From IMG/VR virus record IMGVR_UViG_3300042545_000821, positions 36,770 through 100,769 of that record: a stretch of 64,000 bases of DNA; one strand, written 5' to 3'. The translations under genes were made by a program, and so were the position numbers. Source of the stretch: a virus (lineage: Duplodnaviria; Caudoviricetes). The notes beneath the pieces were generated by a model, which searched no databases, was not told where the DNA came from, and worked only from the letters and a program-made list of their open reading frames with translations. The first letter of the stretch is position 1; every line of letters starts with the position of its first letter. Shown here in pieces: positions 57,215 to 64,000 of this stretch.

Positions 57215-59179
57215 ATGGGATACCACGATAGTATAGATAATGGGTATCACAGTGAGGCTCGTACAGAAGAGAAACAAAAGCGTGCTCTACGTCTAGGCAC
57301 ACTCGCAAGAGTGTATCAAGGCGCAGACCGCATTCTTACTGGCGACCCACTAGTGGTAAACATAGTTGACAGCGGACCAGCACCTGCTTGGTCTGACGGC
57401 GCATCCATAACTCTCAATGCTGAATACATCAATGAGATGGACTTGGAAACGCTAGTACAAATTAACGGCCTCAATTACCATGAGCTAGCCCATCATTTGT
57501 ACACACCACGCAAAGGTACTCCGCTAGTACAGTGGGTTATCGAGAATGATCTATTCCAAGCATTCAATATCTTGGAGGATCAACGCATCGATACTCTGCT
57601 GTGTGCACGTTATCCATCAATCATGCCATTCTTGGAAGCTACAGTCTTACGGTATCTAGCCGATAAGCCTGAAGAAGCCATTGGTAATTACTTGGTGGTG
57701 CGTGGTCGTAAGTATCTACCAGTTGAGGTACGGCAAGGCTTTAGAGATATATTTATAAGGCCTGATCTAATACCAGCCATCTGCAGAATAGTTGATGAGT
57801 ACAGAGTTCTCGCATTCCCTAGGGACTATGCGCGAGCGCAAGAACTTATCAAGCAACTCTATGATGAAGTGTTAGTTCACTTGCCTATACCTTGCTCTGG
57901 TGGCGTATCACAATGTGGTCATAGGTCTCCAATTCAAAAAGGCAGACCAGAACCTGGCAAGATGCAGGAGTATGACTCAAAGCGAGCTAAGGGAATGGGT
58001 GTTGATGAAGCACCTTATGTACCTATGACCGCTGAAGAAAAGCAAGCAGCTGACGAGATGCTAGATAGCATAGACAGAATGTCTAATGCTCCTGGCAATG
58101 TTAATGATGGTGAAGAAGAGGAATCAAAACCACTTGGTGAAGATCCATTGGCTGATCTACTAGATCAGATCCAATCTTCTGAACAAGCATTAGCAAAGCG
58201 TGAGCAAAGCATATACACAACACCATCTGTTGGACAAGGCCATGTAGATAGTGTGGGAGGAATCCCAGATGATCTACAAATTACGTTGAACAATGCCCTG
58301 AACAAGGTGCATGAACGTAAGGATGTATTGGCTGATGTTAAGCGCAAGCAAAGCATCGTTATTGGTGGTGATGATAAGAACGCTGAAACAGGCAGAGCTG
58401 GCAAGTTTGACAAGGCCGATGTGCCTAGTGCAGCAATGGTTGCCTATCGTAAGTTCGCACACGAGCTTCAAAAGCTTCGTGATGACGCAGAACCATTCTG
58501 GGTTAAAGAGATGCCTTCCGGCAAACTCAATGTACCTAGACTGATGCGTGGCGAAGTTGAGATAGACAAAGCGTTCGACCGCTGGACAGAACAAGACGAC
58601 AGCACAGATATCGAAGCAATCATCTGCGTTGACCGCTCAGGTTCTATGGGCAGTGGTAACAACGATCAGATGGCATCTATTGCATGCTGGACTATTAAAC
58701 GTGCTCTCGAGCATATCAATTGTCCAGTCACAGTGTATGCCTTCGACGACAAGACTGAGGTTGCCTACACTCGAACAGAGAAAGCAGACAAAACTCAGTT
58801 CAAATTCATCTACGGCAACGGTGGTACTGAGCCATACGAATCACTAATCCTAGCGGAGAAGACTCTTATGGCATCCACTCGTAGCAATAAGATGTTGTTC
58901 ATCATTACAGATGGTGTGTTCAACACAAACAAAAATGATGAAGTCATAGCACGTATGGCAAAACGAGGAATCTTAACCTCTCTTGTACTAATTATGAGAA
59001 CTAAAGACTACTTAGATGCTAAACGATCTAACGAAGAGGCCATTAAAGAAGGTAGGTCAGCACGTTGGGAGCTAAGACATGGGGCGGAAATATTCGGCAA
59101 TGTTAATAGTGCTGCTGACTTAGTTCCCCTAGCCCGTGCAATCGTAACCGGAGCAATCCGCAAGAAATCAAGGAGGTAG
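57215..59179 (+). CDS. vWA-domain partner protein with N-terminal HExxH (CobT-like)
   Basis: HELAH...N.LED.RI; MIDAS DRSGSM...GGT...ITDG. Confidence 0.88.
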   Translation: MGYHDSIDNGYHSEARTEEKQKRALRLGTLARVYQGADRILTGDPLVVNIVDSGPAPAWSDGASITLNAEYINEMDLETLVQINGLNYHELAHHLYTPRKGTPLVQWVIENDLFQAFNILEDQRIDTLLCARYPSIMPFLEATVLRYLADKPEEAIGNYLVVRGRKYLPVEVRQGFRDIFIRPDLIPAICRIVDEYRVLAFPRDYARAQELIKQLYDEVLVHLPIPCSGGVSQCGHRSPIQKGRPEPGKMQEYDSKRAKGMGVDEAPYVPMTAEEKQAADEMLDSIDRMSNAPGNVNDGEEEESKPLGEDPLADLLDQIQSSEQALAKREQSIYTTPSVGQGHVDSVGGIPDDLQITLNNALNKVHERKDVLADVKRKQSIVIGGDDKNAETGRAGKFDKADVPSAAMVAYRKFAHELQKLRDDAEPFWVKEMPSGKLNVPRLMRGEVEIDKAFDRWTEQDDSTDIEAIICVDRSGSMGSGNNDQMASIACWTIKRALEHINCPVTVYAFDDKTEVAYTRTEKADKTQFKFIYGNGGTEPYESLILAEKTLMASTRSNKMLFIITDGVFNTNKNDEVIARMAKRGILTSLVLIMRTKDYLDAKRSNEEAIKEGRSARWELRHGAEIFGNVNSAADLVPLARAIVTGAIRKKSRR

Positions 59180-59183
59180 AATC

Positions 59184-59642
59184 ATGACATACTCTAAACT
59201 CATACTGGATGCGTTAGTTCAGAATCCAGACGATAAAGACGTATCACGCATGGTAGTGATTATAAACGAGAGCGCTGTCTATCAAGACTTCGCTGACTTT
59301 CATAAGCACGATCCAGAATGGTGGGAAGCCCTTGCTAACAAAGTGTATGAGACATCTGCATACCCAAAGATGGCGTTAGCCCCACTTACAATAGCCGCAA
59401 GTCAATACCTCTGTGATCCAGAGAACGACCTTGAGGATAAAATTGTTCCCCTAATCTCAAAAGCAATGGCAATAAACGACGATCATCAACCAACTCAACG
59501 TCTTGCCAAAATCACTCTCGCACTCAAAATGGGTGGAATGGAACGACCAGATGTCACTCAAATTCGTGACAGCGTTCTACCTAAAGTTCTCTCCCTAGTT
59601 AAGCAACTAGACGAAAAGTTAGCACTAGCTAAGGAGGAATAA
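59184..59642 (+). CDS. hypothetical protein
   Basis: GGAGG RBS. Confidence 0.7.
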   Translation: MTYSKLILDALVQNPDDKDVSRMVVIINESAVYQDFADFHKHDPEWWEALANKVYETSAYPKMALAPLTIAASQYLCDPENDLEDKIVPLISKAMAINDDHQPTQRLAKITLALKMGGMERPDVTQIRDSVLPKVLSLVKQLDEKLALAKEE

Positions 59643-60367
59643 TGATAGAGTGGCGAGAACCGTCAGTACTCTATCGTCGATGGGCCCGTGTTCGTAACTG
59701 GCAAGAAGCAACGAAGTGGATAGGGGGCGGTCGAAGTACTGAACACCGCCCCTTGTACCATCACTCGTTAAGCGTAGCTTATGCAGTTCCAGGCGACTAC
59801 GACTCAGACATAGTAATAAACTGGCGATACAAACATATAAATCCAGCCTATAAAGACCTCAATAGATACATAGTCAGATTCACCAAAGATGGAAGAACAT
59901 TCATCAGCGGTGATGGTGGCTATGGCAGGTCAGGCAGACGGGTAATGGAAGAATACGCAAATCTGGTTAGCATTAGATGGGACTACTACAGTAAGTCTTT
60001 AATCATACGACAGCCAGACGACAAGATATCCAGCAAAAAAGGCTTACAAAAATGCCGTAGATGTGCTGGAGCCAAGAAAGAAATCTATACCTGCAGTCAA
60101 GGGTACTGGTCTAGACCAGCACATATACGAGCATCGTATAACCAATCCTTTGAGTGTACGCATTACGAACTAGGTGATCTACGACGTGATGCCCCACACC
60201 TCACTACAGCAGACTGCCAACGCTGTGAAGGTAACGGCCAAACAATACCTCTATCAAGAATACAAAGCTTTAAGTGGCGTAGGAATGAATTAGGAAACTT
60301 TGATCCTATAGAGGTAAACCCATTAACCAGTAAACTACTAGTACCGGAGGAATTATGTACGTTGTAA
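59642..60367 (+). CDS. hypothetical protein with DnaJ-type Zn motifs
   Basis: CRRCAG...CQRCEGNG. Confidence 0.7.
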   Translation: MIEWREPSVLYRRWARVRNWQEATKWIGGGRSTEHRPLYHHSLSVAYAVPGDYDSDIVINWRYKHINPAYKDLNRYIVRFTKDGRTFISGDGGYGRSGRRVMEEYANLVSIRWDYYSKSLIIRQPDDKISSKKGLQKCRRCAGAKKEIYTCSQGYWSRPAHIRASYNQSFECTHYELGDLRRDAPHLTTADCQRCEGNGQTIPLSRIQSFKWRRNELGNFDPIEVNPLTSKLLVPEELCTL

Positions 60368-60561
60368 AAGATGTCATAACAGAGACATTGATCGGACCGT
60401 TTGATACAGAACAAGATGCGGTTGACTTCCAACTGCATGCTTCTGACTTACTGTCCGATGTAGATGCAGGCTCTGAGTTAGAAATCCACGAGCTATTCAC
60501 TGCACAAGACTGGGCATTCCAGAACCTTGATGAAGAGGTAGCTTCTACCGTATCAATCTAG
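60355..60561 (+). CDS. small acidic hypothetical protein
   Basis: GGAGG RBS; IGPF.T..DA. Confidence 0.7.
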   Translation: MYVVKDVITETLIGPFDTEQDAVDFQLHASDLLSDVDAGSELEIHELFTAQDWAFQNLDEEVASTVSI

Positions 60562-60569
60562 GAGGAATC

Positions 60570-61115
60570 ATGGGTCTAGACAATATACCCAGAGTATTGC
60601 CCTGCAAAAAAGCAGGAACAGCGATACTAACAATATCACAAAACCCAGCTAAGACAGATAGGGTTGACTGTGATGCTACACAAGAAGCAGATCGATGCCC
60701 GTATGTAACAGAGCGCAGGAAAGCTATTGTTAACACGGGAGTCACAGGCATAATGGGTACCGACTGTTGGTACAGAGGTAAGTATGGAAACTATCTTCTG
60801 GAACAACTAGGCCTCGACACAAACACCTGGCACTTCTACGGAGATCTAGATGATGATGAGGGTCTAAGCGAAGACTACTGTCGTAATCTAGCCTCTCGCA
60901 TACGTGAAGAGCTAAACAAAATGAATAGAGTAAAAACCTACAAAGATAATGCCCCTAAGACTCTTGCGGAACCATTCTCTGGTGCTGTAGGGTGGCCAGG
61001 AGCATATGAGCCGCAAGAGGAGCAGAAGAAAGAGTTCGAGGAAGACCTCGAATATGCTGCTTGGTGGCTTGACTTTGTAGCAGATAACGCAGATGGATCG
61101 TCCGTCTGGTATTAA
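60570..61115 (+). CDS. hypothetical protein (MGLD-start phage family)
   Basis: MGLDN...CWYRGK. Confidence 0.75.
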   Translation: MGLDNIPRVLPCKKAGTAILTISQNPAKTDRVDCDATQEADRCPYVTERRKAIVNTGVTGIMGTDCWYRGKYGNYLLEQLGLDTNTWHFYGDLDDDEGLSEDYCRNLASRIREELNKMNRVKTYKDNAPKTLAEPFSGAVGWPGAYEPQEEQKKEFEEDLEYAAWWLDFVADNADGSSVWY

Positions 61116-61126
61116 GGGAGGCAATC

Positions 61127-61753
61127 ATGGCAAAAGTATGTAGAAACGTAGTAACTATGTACTCGTCTGTTGAAAGAATAAACGAAATCTTAGACTCAAT
61201 TAAAACTGATGACAAGGTTGTTTCTTTCAACAAGTTTCTACCGACTCCTCCAGAGTTGGTTGAGGCATCTAAAACATTAACCCTAACACCATCGTTAGTT
61301 GAACGATTTGGTGCTATGGATGTAGGTACCTGGCGCTTGAAGAAGTGGGGTTGCCCTATAGACACACTAAAGTCTGAGATCGTAGACGAAGCAGAGCTTG
61401 ACTTTGCTTCTAAACTTCCTCAGGAAATGTTTGATAAGTTGACGCCTGAAGAAAAGGCAGAAGCAAAATCATTCGAGAAAGCTGTTGCGGTAGCATTTGA
61501 AACAACAGAAACTCCAAATGCTTTCGTTATGGCCCTGTCAGAAAAGTTTCCGGACATGCGTATGCACTACTCGTACGATAGTGAACCGGAAGATGTCTCG
61601 GGATGGCTCGTCGCCTCAAACGGCGAAGTGCATAGTCACGAGCATTACAATAATTGCCTTGCGGCAATTAAGCTACACATCGAGCCATTTAGAGAAGGTC
61701 ACAGCAGCCTGCTGTCATCAGTTCTAGGTGGGGAAGATGAAGACTCAAACTAG
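61127..61753 (+). CDS. DUF1281/YubB-like protein
   Basis: SFNKFLP.P.EL...W....WG...F.T......LS..FPD. Confidence 0.55.
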   Translation: MAKVCRNVVTMYSSVERINEILDSIKTDDKVVSFNKFLPTPPELVEASKTLTLTPSLVERFGAMDVGTWRLKKWGCPIDTLKSEIVDEAELDFASKLPQEMFDKLTPEEKAEAKSFEKAVAVAFETTETPNAFVMALSEKFPDMRMHYSYDSEPEDVSGWLVASNGEVHSHEHYNNCLAAIKLHIEPFREGHSSLLSSVLGGEDEDSN

Positions 61754-61773
61754 TAGAAGGGGAAGTACAACCA

Positions 61774-61977
61774 ATGTCACAGCAAGACCCTTTCATCTCA
61801 ATCCAGGTAACGTTCGAATGTCGCCTGTATCACGGCAGATTAAAAACTCCACTAAGCCTGGAGAATAACTTCCTGCTATACATACGCGACCAATTCACTA
61901 CAGGCTGGCTTGACAGAAACCAATTGCGACCCGGGGAAGATATTTGTATCATTGATGCAAAAATTATTTCCGAATAG
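61774..61977 (+). CDS. hypothetical protein
   Basis: In operon. Confidence 0.55.
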   Translation: MSQQDPFISIQVTFECRLYHGRLKTPLSLENNFLLYIRDQFTTGWLDRNQLRPGEDICIIDAKIISE

Positions 61978-62075
61978 TTTGACATATTGACGGGCCCCTA
62001 GGCAATGCAGCCGTGCCGTATTGCCTAGGGGACTTAAGAACCCTAGTAGAGGAAGGAGTTCAAGGAAAGTATATC

Positions 62076-62597
62076 ATGGTGAATACATTCCTGCCTTACG
62101 CCGACGAAATAAAGACGGCTAGGGCATTAGACGATAAACGCCTAGGTAAGCAACGTGTAGAAAGCCTACAAATATTAAAAGCTAATCTAGGTATGACACT
62201 TGGATGGAGAAACCATCCAGCAGCTGTAATGTGGAGAGGACACGAAGGTCTTCTCTGCGTATACAATCTTCGTATATGCGAAGAATGGAAAGATCGTGGC
62301 TATCAAGACACGGTCTCAACACAAACACAGGACATCATGAACACCTTAGAACCAACCGCATTCAAGCGACCTTGGTGGTGGGGTAATATTGATTTCCACA
62401 GGAGTCATCAATCAAACCTGAACAGAAAAGATCCTCATCACTACAACTTTGATGTTCCGGATGACTTGCCATATCTATGGCCAAAAGAACAAGGAATACT
62501 ACTAACAAAGGAAGAATCAAATGCGATCAAAGCTCAATTACTCATTCAAGCTCGCAAAAAATCAAGAGAAGAGCGGAGCTTGGCTGGCAACAGTTGA
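62076..62597 (+). CDS. pyrimidine-dimer DNA glycosylase / endonuclease V family (MSMEG_6728-like)
   Basis: TFLPY....TA..LD.KRLGKQRVE..QI...W.NHPA..MW.G...H.SHQSNL.RKDP; start moved to MVNTF. Confidence 0.85.
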   Translation: MVNTFLPYADEIKTARALDDKRLGKQRVESLQILKANLGMTLGWRNHPAAVMWRGHEGLLCVYNLRICEEWKDRGYQDTVSTQTQDIMNTLEPTAFKRPWWWGNIDFHRSHQSNLNRKDPHHYNFDVPDDLPYLWPKEQGILLTKEESNAIKAQLLIQARKKSREERSLAGNS

Positions 62598-62769
62598 GAT
62601 AACTGGAGACTCAGATGCAGTCCCTGAGGAATCAGTTATTCATTCTGCCTGGACAAGCGTTGCGCCAGCAAAGCGTTGGTGTGCTCAAATGGTTAACCGT
62701 AAATCTATCCGCTGGACAGCTGATGAAGAAAGCAAAGTCTTTACAGCTACCGTAGAGGTAAAACTATGA
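62521..62769 (+). CDS. hypothetical protein
   Basis: AAGGA RBS; overlaps the tail of the previous ORF. Confidence 0.6.
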   Translation: MRSKLNYSFKLAKNQEKSGAWLATVEITGDSDAVPEESVIHSAWTSVAPAKRWCAQMVNRKSIRWTADEESKVFTATVEVKL

Positions 62770-62900
62770 AAAACGTTTGGGAGTCATCAATAACTACAGA
62801 GATGGTCAAAGATCTTAACCCTAACGAAGTAGAGGTCTTGATAGCTGACCTAGACGATGCGGTAATGCTTGTATGCCAGGACTTCGGTATAGAAGGTTAA
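62766..62900 (+). CDS. small acidic protein (44 aa, not in ORF track)
   Basis: GAGG RBS; MKNVWESSITTEMV...LDDAV. Confidence 0.6.
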   Translation: MKNVWESSITTEMVKDLNPNEVEVLIADLDDAVMLVCQDFGIEG

Positions 62901-62991
62901 ATGTCCACAAGCAAAGATGCAATACAGAAACAAGCAGAAGAATCTATCGATCGAATAAAGCAAATAGTAACAATAGAGAAGGAGTATATGC

Positions 62992-63213
62992 ATGAGTTCT
63001 ATCGAGAGGGAGATTCTTATACAGAGTCAGATCTTGGAGCACATGAACTTGACTATCTCAAAGATTAATCAGCACTTTGCTGAGTATCTAGAGCGCCAAA
63101 CAAAGATAACCGAATGCACCTTATGTTATGGTCAGGGAGTTATTTACTACGGCAATGAGGAGGACTATACACTTGAGTCCTGCCCCGACTGCAACTACAA
63201 AGAAAAAGAATAA
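62992..63213 (+). CDS. small Zn-finger protein
   Basis: AAGGAG RBS; CTLCYGQG...CPDC. Confidence 0.7.
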   Translation: MSSIEREILIQSQILEHMNLTISKINQHFAEYLERQTKITECTLCYGQGVIYYGNEEDYTLESCPDCNYKEKE

Positions 63214-63216
63214 AAG

Positions 63217-63266
63217 ACAAATCCCAAGTTAGAGACCTATTGGCTGGTTTCTAACTTGGGATTTGT
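63217..63266. terminator. bidirectional terminator at the convergence of the early and replication blocks
   Basis: About 21-bp stem ACAAATCCCAAGTTAGAGACC / GGTTTCTAACTTGGGATTTGT. Confidence 0.8.
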
Positions 63267-63297
63267 TTGTGTTGGGACCGGGACCGGTGACGTGTGA

Positions 63298-63477
63298 TTA
63301 GATGCAGTCGCAGTCTTGACCATCACAGTCGCAGGGGGTATCCCCCATACCGTCATCTATGTCCTCGTCTTCTAGCAAATAGTCTTCCAATTCTTCAAAA
63401 TCTTCATCGTCTAACTCTTCCAATATAGCGTCCTCAATATCGTCTATATCTTCTTCTACGAACTTCTCTTCTGTCAT
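63298..63477 (-). CDS. very acidic 59-aa protein (not in ORF track)
   Basis: GAGGA RBS; MTEEKFVEEDIDDIED...PCDCDGQDCDCI. Confidence 0.7.
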   Translation of the reverse strand: MTEEKFVEEDIDDIEDAILEELDDEDFEELEDYLLEDEDIDDGMGDTPCDCDGQDCDCI

Positions 63478-63503
63478 ATGTATTCCTCTCTTTAGGTTAA
63501 TTT

Positions 63504-64000
63504 TTAAGCAAACTTGATTTCACATATATCAGTTGTACAGTATTCCTCACCAACAGCATCTAAAGCATTTCCGTTGTAGATAGGCGATAGGTCTATTGGC
63601 TTAAGTTTACCGACGTAATTATTATACTCTGCTTCGCTAATTTCAGTGTATGGTTGCTGAGGATATACGTCGTTACCCTTTGGTAAGAATGAGACGGTCT
63701 TCAGACGTCCTTCGTACATGTGTAGGATCGTACCTATATGCTGTGACTCCGTATCGGTATTAAACGAAAGAGTAACTGAGACTGAATTATCCGCCCAGTA
63801 TGCTTGGGCTAAAGCTGCCAAGTTAGCCTTCTCAAAAATAGATACAGATTGCTCTGGGCGTACCGGAACCGATTTAATTGGGAAGTAAACGACTGAAGTG
63901 TTGTTTGGATCCGTGACAGAGTCCTCGACTAGGTACTTTGCCTTTGTAAAGAGTTTTAACATTGGGTCAGACTTAGCGAATCTAATTGAGCGTAGGATGT
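63504..64000 (-). CDS. nrdJ: class II (B12-dependent) ribonucleotide reductase, 3' part
   Basis: YWADNSVSVT, LKTVSFLP, YPQ.PY.EI...EY and C-terminal YCTTD.CE cysteine pair; frame continues beyond the window. Confidence 0.9.
   Translation of the reverse strand, partial: ILRSIRFAKSDPMLKLFTKAKYLVEDSVTDPNNTSVVYFPIKSVPVRPEQSVSIFEKANLAALAQAYWADNSVSVTLSFNTDTESQHIGTILHMYEGRLKTVSFLPKGNDVYPQQPYTEISEAEYNNYVGKLKPIDLSPIYNGNALDAVGEEYCTTDICEIKFA

Noticed and set aside
1-64000. Stop-codon reassignment, introns/inteins, integrase or prophage boundaries
   Set aside because: Genes are intact in the standard code, terminase and capsid genes are uninterrupted, and no integrase or host housekeeping genes are seen.

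Overview
The window is a 64 kb piece of a large contractile-tailed (myovirus-type) dsDNA phage, of moderate-to-low GC by eye. The host is most likely a freshwater-type actinobacterium, inferred from WhiB, a BldD-like HTH and Rpf/SLT-like muralytic domains. Bases 1-48.3 kb are almost all on the minus strand and hold the late block: baseplate, tape measure (M23 + lysozyme-like domains), tail chaperone, tube, sheath, neck, tail fibres, N4-gp56-like major capsid, scaffold, portal, terminase, lysis/surface genes, Hsp20 and an Ntn protease. Bases 48.7-63.2 kb are a plus-strand early block with many small ORFs, a tRNA(CAT), WhiB, a MoxR AAA+/vWA pair and a pyrimidine-dimer glycosylase. This block converges on the 3' end of a class II ribonucleotide reductase. 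Most notable: (1) a ~9 kb cassette among the tail-fibre genes in which an FN3-like protein with a 90-aa Pro/Phe (P)PFF repeat and Cys-rich tip is followed by seven prolyl-4-hydroxylase-like 2OG-Fe(II) oxygenases, two DUF6065-like proteins, a GPx-like peroxidase and an SDR, a candidate dedicated virion-fibre modification system; (2) a duplicated helper pair that follows both Cys-rich fibre genes; (3) an asymmetric 10-mer CAACACAAAC found at least 16 times, always co-oriented with transcription; (4) dense structured non-coding RNA candidates in the early arm; (5) a truncated BldD mimic, a +1 tail-chaperone frameshift and a very acidic candidate DNA mimic. All functional calls come from motif recognition by eye; no database searches were run.
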